DNA from: a bacterium
GTDB lineage: Bacteria > Fidelibacterota > Fidelibacteria > Fidelibacterales > Fidelibacteraceae
Direction: 5' to 3'
DNA length: 64,000 bases
Assembly (NCBI GenBank): GCA_963676395.1
Contig: OY781066.1
Coordinates: 640,001 to 704,000 of the forward strand
Shown here: piece after piece, positions 28,010 through 39,890 of the stretch
Numbering within the stretch: the stretch's first letter is position 1
Layout of the letters: each line of letters opens with the position of its first letter
Position numbers and translations under genes: made by a program
Notes under the pieces: model-generated
Told to the model about the DNA's origin: nothing
Seen by the model: the letters and a program-made list of their open reading frames with translations, nothing else
Databases searched by the model: none

Positions 28010-28320
28010 GTTATATATCCTTGTCTATGAGTTAATGATACATCAAAATGAACATCAGGCTTTAATATCTTTTTACTTCAAAAGTCACCTTTATTAATAA
28101 CATTTATACTAATTACTATTTATTGCGAATCTTAATAATAATTTATTGTTTAAACAAGTATTAGATTTGATTAAACATGCCGCCACTCATCCCCCATCAG
28201 TCAAAACTCTAAAAGCAAAAACGGATTCCCCGCTTCTCCCTCACGCCAGTTGAAATGCTTCGGTGTAAATATTTAATTTTATAATAAACAAAAACCCCAC
28301 CGTTTGCTGGGATAATCGGA

Positions 28321-28357
28321 GTGGCTCCGGCCGAAATCGAACCAGCGACACAGGGAT
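28321..28357 (-). repeat. Duplicated 3' half of tRNA-Phe (attR-like), with a decayed terminator copy at about 28289-28311
   Basis: 36/37 match to 30369-30405, with identity decaying at the anticodon loop. Confidence 0.85.
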
Positions 28358-28488
28358 CTTTAGACCTCTGTGCTATACTGGTTATCAACAAGTTATGAGT
28401 TTAGGTGACCAAAAAATGACCGGTGTACATTTTTCAACGTTAACATGCTATTTAACAGGCAGTTATATGATTTATACTTGAAATATTC

Positions 28489-29062
28489 TTACTCGTGATT
28501 AATTGGATACTGTAATGTAAACCTATTATAGATATCCCATATAAAAAAATCGTTGCAATAAATATCAACTCTATTATCAATTGAATCTCCTTTACTTTCC
28601 CAATAACTCCGAATGATCCTCATATACGCTGATGCGTAAAGAAGATTAGTCCTGTCATCTCCAAGTTTATCAATGATCTCTTGTGGAGACTGACTCACAG
28701 TCAGAATTTTTTCATATTTATTTCCTGGATAAAACTCTGATAAACTATCTGTCAATTGGCACTCAATCCAATAAGCAGTCTTCATCTTTACCTGACAGAA
28801 ACCAATGGAACTATTCTTACCTTTTTTAGCCAGATAATTATCAAAGTACTCATCGCGCCAATCATAGTTATTGGTTCGTTCTACATAAGTAATAGCTTTG
28901 AGTTTTAGTGGATCGATATCGAAAGATTTGGAGTCATATTCAATATTATCAGACTGTTCTTTGAGCTTGATCATCTTGTCCTAGTGCTATTGATGAACAA
29001 CATAAAAGGAATAATAGAAATATTATTATATTCTTTTTGTTATACCATTTTAGTAAGTCCAT
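28489..29062 (-). pseudogene. Frameshifted secreted lysozyme-like/transglycosylase-like gene
   Basis: Signal peptide (MDLLKWYNKKNIIIFLLFLLCCSSIALGQ, ATG 29062) lies in a different frame from the body with AITYVE, SIGFCQVK, NLLYASAY. Confidence 0.5.
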
Positions 29063-29078
29063 TTCTTTTCCTTTTAAT

Positions 29079-29678
29079 TTAATATTTTATTACAATCTTT
29101 TTATTATCAATATTAGCCCAAATTAAATAAGTCGTGTATCCCCCTGATGAAATAATATTTTTATCAACTGTTGTTGAAATAACCCTTCCAATATCAGGAG
29201 CATATAATTGAGTCATTGTATAAATATCACAATCAAGTGAATATTTTAAACAATTATTTATTTTTCCCAGATTTGTTTCAATAGTATCATTTTTAGAGAG
29301 AATTGTACAATAAATCATATATGGAATTTGTTGCCAAGTATTATTAATATTTAAATTGAAGTCGAGGTGTACGTATTCAACATTATCAATAAGCCAATAC
29401 ACAATGCCATTTTCTACCCTATATATCTGTTGGGCTCTATGCTCATTTGAAATTGGTTCATAAGTATTCATTACATAATATGTTTTATCATTCAAAATAT
29501 AAGTTGAATCAATTCTTGATATTGTTGAATCAGAAAAAAAAGTATTTGCTCCAGGCGAATAGTAATGCCATTCATTACCAACCTGCAGCGGATAATAATC
29601 TCCTTCTACAGTTATCGGATCAATTCCGTTACAAGAAAGAAAAAAAATTATTAATGATATTAAAAATAATATTCTCAT
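29079..29678 (-). CDS. Hypothetical lipoprotein
   Basis: Lipobox FLSC; YYPLQVGNEWHY; very AT-rich. Confidence 0.75.
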   Translation of the reverse strand: MRILFLISLIIFFLSCNGIDPITVEGDYYPLQVGNEWHYYSPGANTFFSDSTISRIDSTYILNDKTYYVMNTYEPISNEHRAQQIYRVENGIVYWLIDNVEYVHLDFNLNINNTWQQIPYMIYCTILSKNDTIETNLGKINNCLKYSLDCDIYTMTQLYAPDIGRVISTTVDKNIISSGGYTTYLIWANIDNKKIVIKY

Positions 29679-30337
29679 TTCAACACTTATTTCTAAACTT
29701 TAGATTTATCAGTTATTATTTATACTATTTATTATACTACTACCTGATTTTAATAACAAGTTTTTTATTAATTATATTTTTTTATATTATTTTTTATACT
29801 ATTACTTATTTAATATATTATCTTAACCTTATTACCACAATATTCGTTATAAACCCTAAGATATTACACCTAACTCTTTTATACAATTTACTTTAAAACC
29901 CCAATTATATTGCGAGTTTTGTTAATTTTCCGACGGTATTATTTTCAGTAGTTAATTTTATCTTGTGAGAAAAGATAAAGTTATTGATCACCGGATAAAT
30001 GTAAAGTGGAAAAGCCCGGATCCTCAAGAGAGGTTGTGTTTTCTTGCTATACAACTTACCTTCTCTCGCGAGTTTCGTGGGATTTTGATTGGTAGTGTTG
30101 TGAGAAGCTATGGTTTTTTAGTCAGTATTGTGATTGTTTTAAGTGTCTTTTAACTTTTTACTTTTGCCTTGCATCAAAAAAGCCCTCGAGAAACGACACC
30201 TTTATTATTCTTTACCGTTGATAAAAAATAATAACGGTACAGGCATGCCTGTTCCCTACACCCGCCACTCCTCCTCCCCTTATCTCCCTCTCAAAAATCA
30301 AAATATCACAGATAAATAATTTAATTCCACACAAAAC

Positions 30338-30361
30338 AAAAACCCCACCGTTTGGTGGGGT
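30338..30361 (-). terminator. Terminator downstream of tRNA-Phe
   Basis: ACCCCACC-gttt-GGTGGGGT with adjacent A-tract on the plus strand. Confidence 0.75.
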
Positions 30362-30369
30362 CAAAGAAG

Positions 30370-30442
30370 TGGCTCCGGCCGGAATCGAACCAGCGACACA
30401 GGGATTTTCAGTCCCCTGCTCTACCGACTGAGCTACAGAGCC
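30370..30442 (-). tRNA. tRNA-Phe (GAA), CCA not encoded
   Basis: GGCTCTG acceptor stem, D arm AGCTCAGTCGGTAGAGC, anticodon arm GGGGA-CTGAAAA-TCCCT, GGTTCGATTCC T arm. Confidence 0.97.
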
Positions 30443-30517
30443 ACAGAATTTTTAATTCCTAATTTCAAAGCGGAAAATAATAATGCTTTTCGCTCCAAAA
30501 TGCAAGTGGAAATACGA

Positions 30518-30865
30518 CTATTTACGTACTTCTTTAACGCGTGTGGCTTTCTTGCCTTTAAGTTCGCGAATATAATAGATTTTTGATCTGCGAACTTTAC
30601 CAATTGATACGCGTTCGATCTTGGCTAAATTAGGTGAATGCACAGGGAAAATACGTTCAACACCAACTCCATTAGAAATCTTTCTTACGGTAAATGTAGC
30701 GTTAATTCCTGTTCCCTTGCGGGCAATACAAATACCTTTGTACTGCTGAATACGTTCTTTGTTACCCTCGCGAACTTTTACATCCACGACCAAGGTATCG
30801 CCGGCTTTAAATTCCGGGATATCATTTTTCAAGTGCCCGATTGCTGCAACTTGTGTTTTATCCAT
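30518..30865 (-). CDS. rplS: 50S ribosomal protein L19
   Basis: [42 protein letters not shown]; start moved to ATG 30865 on RBS spacing. Confidence 0.97.
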   Translation of the reverse strand: MDKTQVAAIGHLKNDIPEFKAGDTLVVDVKVREGNKERIQQYKGICIARKGTGINATFTVRKISNGVGVERIFPVHSPNLAKIERVSIGKVRRSKIYYIRELKGKKATRVKEVRK

Positions 30866-31574
30866 TTTTGTCATCTCCTTTATCCGAATACGCTTTCCAC
30901 ATATCCGGTCTGCGTTCTTTTGTTTTATTAATTCGTTCTTCTTTTCGCCATGTATCAATGTTGGCATGATGCCCGCTTAAAAGTACATCCGGTACTTTAT
31001 TACCCTCAAATTCTTCGGGGCGTGTGTACCAAGGACAATCAAGCAGAGGATCCGAGAACGAATCGCTTAACGCAGAATTAATCTCGCTAAGTACACCGGG
31101 TATTAAGCGAATTACCGCATCCATGATCACCACGGATGAAATCTCGCCACCTGTAAGAACATAATCCCCGATGGATATTTCGTCTGTTACCAGCATATCT
31201 CTAATTCGCTGGTCGATCCCCTTATAGTGCCCACAGATAAAGATTAAATGCTCTTCTTCTGAAAGTTCATGAGCAAGTTCCTGTTTGAATGCAACTCCAT
31301 CTGGAGTCGGGAACAATACTCGACTGTGAACACCTTCGGGTGCTTGCTGCAAGAGGGTGCGAATGCCATCATAAAGCGGTTGCGGTGTCATGACCATGCC
31401 ATCTCCGCCCCCAAAAGGATAATCATCTGTTTTACGATGTTTGTCCTTCGAGAACTCACGCAGGTCATGAACATAAATTTCTACCAGTCCTTTTTCTTGA
31501 GCACGTTTCACCATACTCTGATTAATAACCGGTAGGATCATTTCCGGAAAGCAAGTTAACACATCTATGATCAT
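30858..31574 (-). CDS. trmD: tRNA (guanine-N1)-methyltransferase
   Basis: [48 protein letters not shown]. Confidence 0.97.
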   Translation of the reverse strand: MIIDVLTCFPEMILPVINQSMVKRAQEKGLVEIYVHDLREFSKDKHRKTDDYPFGGGDGMVMTPQPLYDGIRTLLQQAPEGVHSRVLFPTPDGVAFKQELAHELSEEEHLIFICGHYKGIDQRIRDMLVTDEISIGDYVLTGGEISSVVIMDAVIRLIPGVLSEINSALSDSFSDPLLDCPWYTRPEEFEGNKVPDVLLSGHHANIDTWRKEERINKTKERRPDMWKAYSDKGDDKNG

Positions 31575-32098
31575 TCCATCATTCCTTCCAATAATTGGAC
31601 ATAAAGAATCCCCCGTTCATCATCGATATCTTCGATGAACTCTTCCACAAAAGGAAGCATAACAGTTGATCCGTCCATTGTTGTGAATATGATCAAGTCT
31701 TGCGCCGGCAGTTCCTGAACTTCCGTAACTTCTCCGATCAATAGACCATCCTGAAATACTTTATAACCCAGGATATCAATATCTTCATCAAAGTCCGGCA
31801 GTAACTCTACCTGCTTGTCCGTAATAAGCAGCGCTTTATGTGTCAAACGGGCGGACGCTTCTTTACTATCAATACCTTCAATAGCGATACATAGTCTATC
31901 GCCACGAATTTCTACTGATAGAAGAGAGTGGACCTCCTCAGGTTCAACACCATTGCCAACATAAACATATTTCAATGAGCGTAACGCTTGCGCGTCCAGC
32001 TTAGGTTCGGAAAGATAAAATTTACCCCCCAGACCATAGGATTTTCCGATATAACCGATGATCGTGAAGGACATTTTCTTTCTAAACTTATCTGTCAA
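31571..32098 (-). CDS. rimM: 16S rRNA processing protein RimM
   Basis: IGYIGKSYGLGG, GYKV, QDL, MLPFVEEFI; operon position. Confidence 0.9.
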   Translation of the reverse strand: MTDKFRKKMSFTIIGYIGKSYGLGGKFYLSEPKLDAQALRSLKYVYVGNGVEPEEVHSLLSVEIRGDRLCIAIEGIDSKEASARLTHKALLITDKQVELLPDFDEDIDILGYKVFQDGLLIGEVTEVQELPAQDLIIFTTMDGSTVMLPFVEEFIEDIDDERGILYVQLLEGMME

Positions 32099-32324
32099 TT
32101 ATATCAAGTGTCGAACGTGTCTGGCCGGCTTTCGCAGATACTGCTGTCAGCAGTGTACGCAATGCCTGTGCCGTACGACCATGTTTGCCAATGACTTTTC
32201 CAAGATCTGCTTGAGCGACTTTTAACTCATAAATCGTATTATTTTCGCTCTCGATCTTCGTAACTTCAACCTCATCCGGATTATCAACCAAGCGTTTAAC
32301 AATCGATTCTACAAATTCTTTCAT
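32088..32324 (-). CDS. khpA: KH-domain RNA-binding protein
   Basis: LVDNPDEV, DLGKVIGKHGRTAQALRTL. Confidence 0.93.
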   Translation of the reverse strand: MKEFVESIVKRLVDNPDEVEVTKIESENNTIYELKVAQADLGKVIGKHGRTAQALRTLLTAVSAKAGQTRSTLDIIDR

Positions 32325-32394
32325 GGTTAGCCCTTTCTGTTTGAATTTCTAGTTGCTTGTCTATCGTTGATCTAAACACCCGGAACCAAATACT

Positions 32395-32916
32395 TTATTC
32401 GGCAGCGGGTGCTTCTTTGGCTTCTTCAGCAGGGGCTTCGACTTTAGCTTCCTCTTTTACTTCTTCAACGGGAGCTTCGGCTTTAACCTCTTCTTTTACT
32501 TCTTCAGGAGCAGGGGTTTCTTCAACCGGTGCCTCTTCTACTACTTTTTCTTCTTTTTTTGCAACTTTGTTATCTTCTTTTGCTTTAGCTTTGTTAGCTT
32601 TTGCAATTTCCCATTTCTGCAATTCTTGTTTCTTTTTATCTTCTGAAAGATTTGAATTTTCTAAATGCCATTTCAACATAATACCGGCTTTAGAAAGCAT
32701 TCTTTTCACGGTATCTGAAGGTTGAGCACCAACCTTTAACCAATGAAATACGCGATCTTCTTTAACATTAAAATTATTGGTTTCTTTGATGGGATCATAT
32801 GTTCCAATTTGTTCGATAAAGCGGCCATCACGACGTGCGCGTGAGTCTGCGATTACTACACGGTAAAAGGGACGATTTCTTCTTCCCATTCTTGTTAACC
32901 GGATTTTTACTGACAC
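32395..32916 (-). CDS. rpsP: 30S ribosomal protein S16 with acidic C-terminal extension
   Basis: [40 protein letters not shown] start after AAGGAG. Confidence 0.96.
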   Translation of the reverse strand: MSVKIRLTRMGRRNRPFYRVVIADSRARRDGRFIEQIGTYDPIKETNNFNVKEDRVFHWLKVGAQPSDTVKRMLSKAGIMLKWHLENSNLSEDKKKQELQKWEIAKANKAKAKEDNKVAKKEEKVVEEAPVEETPAPEEVKEEVKAEAPVEEVKEEAKVEAPAEEAKEAPAAE

Positions 32917-32927
32917 TGTGTTCTCCT

Positions 32928-34259
32928 TTAGTTCCAAGGCAGAGAATTCATATTCCCCATTGCCCTTTTTGGAAGTTTCATTTTGTTCATCTTTTTCATC
33001 ATCTTCTTCATCTGATCAAATTGATTCAAGAGTCGATTGACATCTGCGACATGCGTGCCGGATCCGGTAGCAATTCGCTTGCGTCTGCTCGCATTAATAA
33101 CATTTGGCTTAGCTTTTTCTTGCTTAGTCATCGAATTCAGGATTGCTTGCGTCCTTGAGAACTGTTTTTCATCCACTTGGGCATTCTTTAATTGTGCCGC
33201 TCCTGGAATCATGTCCATCAAAGAAGAAAGCGGTCCCATTTTCTGCAAACTCTTAAGTTGATCCTGAAAATCCTGAAGATCAAATGCATTTTTCTTAATC
33301 TTCTGTTCCAGTCTCGCCGCTTCTTTTTCGTCAAAGGCCTCTTGAGCCTTTTCAACCAGGGAGACAACATCGCCCTTACCGAGAATGCGATTGGCAAAAC
33401 GATCGGGATGAAATTTTTCAAGGTCATCCAGGGTTTCACCTGTTGATATATATTTTATCGGCTTTCCAGTGACCGATCTAATGGATAGTGCAGCACCGCC
33501 TCGTGTATCACCATCTAATTTGGTTAAGACAATACCGCTCACATTCAATCTTTCATTAAAAGCTTTTGCCGCATTCACGGCATCCTGTCCGATCATACCA
33601 TCAGCCACGAATAGAACTTCTTTGGGTTTCAGCTCCTTATGGATACTGTTAACCTCGTCCATCATCGTGTCATCAATATGTAATCGACCCGCAGTATCAA
33701 AGATCAAAACGTTCACATCACTTTTGCGTGCCTGTGCAAGCGCATGCTTGCATATTTTCACGGCATTCTTATTATCTTCTCTATAAACCGGGACATCAAT
33801 TCGCTGTCCTAAGACCTCTAATTGATCAACAGCAGCCGGGCGGTATATATCAGCCGCAACCACCATGGGTCGTTTACCATCCGCTTTCAGCTGTTTTGCC
33901 AGTTTTGCAACAAAGGTAGTTTTACCGGACCCTTGTAAGCCCACCACCATAATCATGGCAGGAGGAAGACCATCAAGTTGTAAAGGAACATATGCTTCGC
34001 CCAGAAGATCGATCATCTCATCATGAATGATCTTTACGACCATCTGGCCGGGAGTAATGCTTGTAAGAACTTTTTCACCAAGCGCTTTCTCTTTAACATT
34101 AGCAATGAACTGCTTTGCCACCGTGTAGTTTACATCGGCTTCAAGCAAGGTTCTTCTAACCTCACGTAGAGCATCAGACACGTTCTGTTCCGTGATCTTA
34201 CCCTGACCTCGTAAATTTTTAAAGATCGCTTGTAAATTGTCCCGTAGCTGTTCAAGCAT
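32928..34259 (-). CDS. ffh: Signal recognition particle protein
   Basis: [35 protein letters not shown]-domain SRRKRIA.GSG. Confidence 0.98.
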   Translation of the reverse strand: MLEQLRDNLQAIFKNLRGQGKITEQNVSDALREVRRTLLEADVNYTVAKQFIANVKEKALGEKVLTSITPGQMVVKIIHDEMIDLLGEAYVPLQLDGLPPAMIMVVGLQGSGKTTFVAKLAKQLKADGKRPMVVAADIYRPAAVDQLEVLGQRIDVPVYREDNKNAVKICKHALAQARKSDVNVLIFDTAGRLHIDDTMMDEVNSIHKELKPKEVLFVADGMIGQDAVNAAKAFNERLNVSGIVLTKLDGDTRGGAALSIRSVTGKPIKYISTGETLDDLEKFHPDRFANRILGKGDVVSLVEKAQEAFDEKEAARLEQKIKKNAFDLQDFQDQLKSLQKMGPLSSLMDMIPGAAQLKNAQVDEKQFSRTQAILNSMTKQEKAKPNVINASRRKRIATGSGTHVADVNRLLNQFDQMKKMMKKMNKMKLPKRAMGNMNSLPWN

Positions 34260-34567
34260 GTACCGTACTCCAAAATAGCTCAGAAATATAGCAAAATATT
34301 ATCCGAAAGCAAATGTTTTTCAATCAAATACAATATAGTGTTTATCAGTGTTTTATAGCAAGAAAAATGTTCCGCCATGCCGTCAAAAACAATAATAAAT
34401 TTACAACCATTAGCATATAGCGATAAAAAGGCAAGAAATTCTCTAGAAGCGCATAATTCTATACACCTGCAAAATTATGATACAATGGTCAATACAATAA
34501 TTCAATTTTAGGATATATTTTCAGATATATACGAGCAACTCGCCAGCCAACTTAATTTAATTCATAT

Positions 34568-34596
34568 AAAAAAAGGGACAGGTATACCTGTCCCTT
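34568..34596 (-). terminator. Intrinsic terminator
   Basis: AAGGGACAGG-tata-CCTGTCCCTT with A7 tract. Confidence 0.75.
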
Positions 34597-34615
34597 ACAA
34601 CTGTTTCTTTATTAT

Positions 34616-36559
34616 TTACTTCAATTTCTTGACGGTAAACGGTCCTTCAAATTTAAATACATTGTCATATTCTTTAGTTGATCCATCTCGAAGCATACAC
34701 GTAAGCATATCTTTTTCAAGATGCTTCATGATATTATCACCATTCGTGCTATCGGCCATAAAGTAAACCTGCAAAACAGGGTTTTCTTTAAACTCTGTCC
34801 GCAAACGAACTGTACCGGGCTCAAATGATACATGAGATGTTAAATAACTCATCTTTCGGATCACAGTTGAATTTTCAGCATTAACAAAATCAACCTCAAA
34901 AACATTCATTTTTTCGGGATCTTGTTTTCTATAATCATTAAACGCACGATCATAATTCGAGAAGAAAACCTTACGATATTCCAAATATCCAAGAGTATCT
35001 ACATACTCACCGTCACCGGCCATTTCGAACTCAACTTCTTTTTTAACCGTTTCACCTTTGTATTCATATTCGTAATGTTTCACTTCAAGGATTTCGGGCA
35101 ATTTAGCTACATCAAATTTAGCAGGATCGAAATAGAAACTGACATATACCGGTTCACCGAATTCAGTAGCAAAACCATATATACCTTCTTCTTTCATCAA
35201 CAAACGGTAAACATCTGCATTATCGTTACCATCCCAAAGTTCCCAGACACCTTCACGGTAAACGACCAAAGTTTCCGGCGCATCTTCCAAAGAAACACCC
35301 TTACGAATATTATACTTTGAAGGTGAAAATACAGCGCGCTTTACACTTGTGGCATCAGTTTGTGAAGCATCATAAAATAGTGCTACCTTGTGCTTTGAAG
35401 CCCAAACATCCAAACCGACAATACCTTTTACTCTGATCACTTTATTCATCATGGACTTTGCAGAACCATAGCATTTTACCGTAGACAGGTCTTCCAAAAT
35501 AACTTTTTCTACCGTACCCAAAGAATCAGCTTTTTCATAAGCTCCCCAACGCTCTGAAAGCGTTGCCATGGGAAATTGTTTTGCTAAGATCAATGATAGC
35601 GCGATCACAGCGACCATTACGATCACAGGCATCCATTTACCGCCTTTAACCTTAAGCGTTTTATTTACGGGACATGATTTTGTACAATCTAAACACAGTG
35701 TACAATCAGGATGCGTTACAGGATCTGCCGTTGAAACATCTATGCCTTCGGGGCAATGATCATTACATATCTTACATGATGTGCAAGTATCGGTATTTCT
35801 TTCAATTTTAAAGGGCGAAATAGAGAAAAATTTAAAACGAAATACTTCGGTCAGTGCCGTTGCAGAGATCACAACCAACAACAGCCAAAATACGGGGACC
35901 TTAACACCAAATAATAAGAGTACAATATAGACCAATACGATAGATCCGGTTACCAGAATATTTGAGAAAATATTACTTAATGCACCTAGAAAACAAAAGT
36001 ACTTACACCAGAGTTTCTTAATAAAAATAGAACCGATCACGACAGCAGTTATAGTTAGAATAGAAAACAATAATACCGTATCAACATCAAAACCGCTTAC
36101 CGTTCCATAATAGGGACAAAATTTCTTACAAAACAACTCTGAACTTATAATGGTAAAATAGGCCGCTAAAAACAAGAGCACATATTTACCCAACCTCAGT
36201 ATTCTATCAAGAATGCCCTTAAGCGTTATAGAAACACCCAAACGGACACCCAATTTATTCATCCATTCACTGATAGTTCCCACTGGGCACAACCATCCAC
36301 AGAACAATTTTCCAACTAGAATGATCATCAGTGCTATTCCAAGCCCGATAAATACCTGAGTTTCTGAAATTGAACAGGACATCGTTCCTAAATTCAATTT
36401 TGAGCCAAATGACATCAAACCACCAAAAGGACAGTATTTTTCCATATCTGGAGTGAAGGTAGCATTGATACCGGCAACGATTAACGTACCAACAACTAAG
36501 GCAAGAATTAATAATTGAACGATCATTCTTGTCTTGTTGTGAAACCATTTTTTCTTCAT
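34616..36559 (-). CDS. Membrane 4Fe-4S (NapH/polyferredoxin-like) protein with extracytoplasmic ferredoxin-fold repeats
   Basis: YCPFG, FCGWLCPVG, FCKKFCPY, WCKYFC, CTSCKICNDHCP, CTLCLDCTKSCP; start at MKKKW. Confidence 0.85.
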   Translation of the reverse strand: MKKKWFHNKTRMIVQLLILALVVGTLIVAGINATFTPDMEKYCPFGGLMSFGSKLNLGTMSCSISETQVFIGLGIALMIILVGKLFCGWLCPVGTISEWMNKLGVRLGVSITLKGILDRILRLGKYVLLFLAAYFTIISSELFCKKFCPYYGTVSGFDVDTVLLFSILTITAVVIGSIFIKKLWCKYFCFLGALSNIFSNILVTGSIVLVYIVLLLFGVKVPVFWLLLVVISATALTEVFRFKFFSISPFKIERNTDTCTSCKICNDHCPEGIDVSTADPVTHPDCTLCLDCTKSCPVNKTLKVKGGKWMPVIVMVAVIALSLILAKQFPMATLSERWGAYEKADSLGTVEKVILEDLSTVKCYGSAKSMMNKVIRVKGIVGLDVWASKHKVALFYDASQTDATSVKRAVFSPSKYNIRKGVSLEDAPETLVVYREGVWELWDGNDNADVYRLLMKEEGIYGFATEFGEPVYVSFYFDPAKFDVAKLPEILEVKHYEYEYKGETVKKEVEFEMAGDGEYVDTLGYLEYRKVFFSNYDRAFNDYRKQDPEKMNVFEVDFVNAENSTVIRKMSYLTSHVSFEPGTVRLRTEFKENPVLQVYFMADSTNGDNIMKHLEKDMLTCMLRDGSTKEYDNVFKFEGPFTVKKLK

Positions 36560-36739
36560 GATTAGTTCCTTAATTTTTACCAAAGAATATAGCAAATGTG
36601 TATACGGAGCACAAGATAAAATAGGACAAACAGAAAGTAAAACACTTATAAATTCTACTTAATCTCTCCTGAATTGATTTCATGTAATCGTAATTCATCA
36701 TTAAATCATCAATGCTTACTTAACACACAATTCTCAAAT

Positions 36740-36769
36740 AAAAAAGCCCCCGATCTTTCGGGGGCTTTT
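36740..36769 (-). terminator. Intrinsic terminator
   Basis: AAAAAAGCCCCCGA-tctt-TCGGGGGCTTTT. Confidence 0.8.
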
Positions 36770-36793
36770 ATTATTACTTTAAGTAAATTTAAT

Positions 36794-39700
36794 TTACTTG
36801 AGCAATGTCATCTTTCTAACATCTGTGAAGCTACCTGCAGTCAAGCGATAAATATACATACCACTTGCAAGTGTACTTGCATCAAATGCTACATTATAAT
36901 AACCGGCTTCCATTTGAGCGTTGAAAATCTCGGCTACTTTACGTCCACTTAGGTCGTAAATATTCATTGTAACCATTTCAGCGGTCGGGATCTGGAAATT
37001 GATGGTTGTTGTCGGATTGAAGGGGTTCGGGTAGTTTTGCTCAAGAGCAAAATCTGTAGGAACACCGTCAATAGCAACTTCAGTAATATCACTATACAAG
37101 AAAGTAGGAATTACTTGATCGCCCGTATCTGTCACGAGATAAGAACGATTAGAACCACCATAAAACTCTTCAGTATTATCCCATGCTCCATTGCGGCGGC
37201 ATTTAAACTCTAAAGTTGTTCCAGCTTCGAATCCACCAAGATCAGCTGTGTAAATTGTATCGGCTTCCGGATCGGTCATAACAATACCTGTTGACCAACC
37301 ATTGAAAGAACCCATAATATCCAATGCGCTTGATGCGGGATTAAATTCACCGCGGCGAACCATAATGCCCATATCTACATTTGCAGTAACATTGTATTCA
37401 GGATATTCAAAAACATTTACTTTGAAATTATCAAATTCAACGTTTCCACCATAGACATAAAGTCCAGGATAACCAGCTTCTAATACAGGAGCATCAGCTT
37501 GATTAATCGGACAACCAGGTAGCAATTTTCCATCAATGTATAACCAGAATTTATTATCAATAACTTGAGCTTTTAGGTTATGGAAACCAGTTTCAAGTGT
37601 ATCAAAATCTTCTCCAGCATTCCATTGAGTAGTTCCAAACCAAGATGTACCGTTATAACCCTGAAATTTTAAAGCACCAGAACTTGTTGAAGAATTTCTA
37701 TAAACAAAACGATAGAATTTTGTTTCTGAAGGATCAGTTTTAATTGCAAGACCCTTATATAGCGGTTCAGTTGCTGAAGCGGGCTTTACACAATAGATAT
37801 CAGCTGAAACTTCATAGTTTTCCAATTTCTTGCCGGTATCAGTATAAAGCAAACCGGTATTTGCATCATCAACATAAATACCAACATTGCTTAAACCAGC
37901 TGAATCAGCAGCAACTGTCAAGTTTAAACCGCCTGTATTACCATTGGTTGTATTTTCAACCCATGTCAAGTCAGCGGAACCATCAGTAAATTCTTCAACG
38001 TAATCAGCTTGCGTCTCAACAATTTTATGTTTCAAGATCGTACCGTTCTTACCGACAGCCCAAAAATATTCACCGTCAAAATCGCAATGCTGTAGATCGA
38101 TCTCGTCATCAAGGGTGATAACTTGCATCTGTACCCAGGTGGCACCTGTATCTTCCGATACAAAGATCCGTCCATCTTGTCCAACGGCATAAACTGTTTC
38201 GTCATCGACAAAAGTTACACCATAGATATCATCACCTTGAGGAACGTCAAAAGCCAACTCCAATGTATCTAATTTATCAGTTGTTGTTTTCCAAATACCG
38301 TCAGAGCTTCCAACAAGCACAACACCATTACGCTCATCAACTGAACGCATCGACATTGAGCCCATGTCTACAGACATCATGAAACTGTCTAATTCCGTAG
38401 AAGTACTAACACAAATCTGACCAGAGCTACAAGAAAGTAAACCCAAGCCATTGCTTAAAATTTTCATATCATAAATTGTGTTAGTAACATCATTGTCAAG
38501 TTCTGTCCACGTTTCACCATTATTGGTTGAACACATGATCATTCCTTTTGATCCACCTGCAAATACTTTACCATTTGCATAATATAACATATTTACTGTC
38601 TTATTTGTAGACTGAGCCATAGGATTATCAATTGCATCGCTCCAAGTCGCACCTTTATCTGTAGAATATTTGATCAATCCTTGAGATCCACCCATCAGAA
38701 CGGTATCGCCACCAACAACTTCGAGCTCATATATAGTTTCGCTGGTATTAGTTCCAAAGGCCGTCGGATATGTGAAACTTTCACCATCTGCACTGTAGCT
38801 TACTTCACCACCACCATATGCAGAAACTAAGACCTCACCCTCGGCAGGAAAAGCAATACCCCAAAAACTAAGGCCTGTCCAATCAGCTATAGGGTTGAAT
38901 GTCGCCCCATCCGTTGTTTTTAGTACTTGACCATATCCTGAGAAGAGTATACCATTATTCATTGATGAAAAAGCACTGCAACTATAGCCCTGTCCCGTTC
39001 CAGTATATACAGTATCCCAGGTTGTACCACCATCAACGGTTCTTAACATTTCACTATCATCAGTAAAAACAAGAATTGAATCCGGGCTGAAAACTTTTAC
39101 ACCTTCATGATAGTCATTGACAAAGACATAATCACCAGACTGTGTAAATGTTGCACCACCATCCGTTGACAACCAAAGGACATTATGATACGCAGCAAGA
39201 GCAATTGTGTTCTCTCCGGCAACTGCTGAAACATCATACAGTCTCTTGGAACTTGTTCCTAAAACTGATGCCCAACTTAAAGCAAGAGGTGTCCATGTAT
39301 CGCCACCATCGGTTGTTCTCCAGTATTCTGCATTACCATCTTCAAATGCAACACCATTTGTTAAGGAAGTAAATACGACCAAATCAATATCACAACTTGC
39401 ATCTATGATCGTCGTATCCCAGTTTGCACCTGCATCCGTTGTTTTCATGAATAAACCATCTTCACCACTAACAAAATATGTGGTTGAATTAAAAACATCG
39501 ACCCCGAGTAAATCGGTGGTGAAGTTTGTCGTATCACCAATCTGTTCCCAGTTATCACCTGCATCGGTCGATTTATAGATATAACCATCATCATAAACAA
39601 TTACAGCCACATCACCTTGCGAATCCATATCATTGGCCGAAAGCGCAATAGGTAGGTCACTTTTTACCCAGCTGACACCAAAATCTACTGTTTTTTGCAC

Positions 39701-39853
39701 AGTCCCTTTATACACGGTCAGCATAGTTGATGAATTGATCGCTACAGCATCTTTGTAGCTATCATAATCAAAAGGACCTTCAACTGCTTCCCACTGACCA
39801 AATGCCGTAACTGCGAGCATTAGGCAAGCGAGAACAAGTAACAATTTCTTCAT
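36794..39853 (-). CDS. Secreted YCF48/BNR beta-propeller protein with CBM20-like domain and T9SS type A sorting domain
   Basis: Many (S/T)TDGG.TW Asp boxes; VTANVDM..GSFNGW..LEFK; ALEQNYPNPFNPTT..YDLSG..SGMYIYRL..RKMTLLK. Confidence 0.88.
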   Translation of the reverse strand: MKKLLLVLACLMLAVTAFGQWEAVEGPFDYDSYKDAVAINSSTMLTVYKGTVQKTVDFGVSWVKSDLPIALSANDMDSQGDVAVIVYDDGYIYKSTDAGDNWEQIGDTTNFTTDLLGVDVFNSTTYFVSGEDGLFMKTTDAGANWDTTIIDASCDIDLVVFTSLTNGVAFEDGNAEYWRTTDGGDTWTPLALSWASVLGTSSKRLYDVSAVAGENTIALAAYHNVLWLSTDGGATFTQSGDYVFVNDYHEGVKVFSPDSILVFTDDSEMLRTVDGGTTWDTVYTGTGQGYSCSAFSSMNNGILFSGYGQVLKTTDGATFNPIADWTGLSFWGIAFPAEGEVLVSAYGGGEVSYSADGESFTYPTAFGTNTSETIYELEVVGGDTVLMGGSQGLIKYSTDKGATWSDAIDNPMAQSTNKTVNMLYYANGKVFAGGSKGMIMCSTNNGETWTELDNDVTNTIYDMKILSNGLGLLSCSSGQICVSTSTELDSFMMSVDMGSMSMRSVDERNGVVLVGSSDGIWKTTTDKLDTLELAFDVPQGDDIYGVTFVDDETVYAVGQDGRIFVSEDTGATWVQMQVITLDDEIDLQHCDFDGEYFWAVGKNGTILKHKIVETQADYVEEFTDGSADLTWVENTTNGNTGGLNLTVAADSAGLSNVGIYVDDANTGLLYTDTGKKLENYEVSADIYCVKPASATEPLYKGLAIKTDPSETKFYRFVYRNSSTSSGALKFQGYNGTSWFGTTQWNAGEDFDTLETGFHNLKAQVIDNKFWLYIDGKLLPGCPINQADAPVLEAGYPGLYVYGGNVEFDNFKVNVFEYPEYNVTANVDMGIMVRRGEFNPASSALDIMGSFNGWSTGIVMTDPEADTIYTADLGGFEAGTTLEFKCRRNGAWDNTEEFYGGSNRSYLVTDTGDQVIPTFLYSDITEVAIDGVPTDFALEQNYPNPFNPTTTINFQIPTAEMVTMNIYDLSGRKVAEIFNAQMEAGYYNVAFDASTLASGMYIYRLTAGSFTDVRKMTLLK

Positions 39854-39890
39854 GTTTATCTCCTTTATTTAACTTACATATTTATCATTT

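Noticed and set aside
28321..28380. Second functional tRNA
   Set aside because: The 5' acceptor strand and D arm are missing and the anticodon arm is degenerate.
29447..29896. 149-aa plus-strand ORF
   Set aside because: Low-complexity Y/L/I product of very AT-rich DNA, antisense to a lipoprotein gene.
32395..32600. Ala/Glu/Pro-rich S16 tail as a novelty
   Set aside because: Long acidic S16 extensions are common in several phyla.
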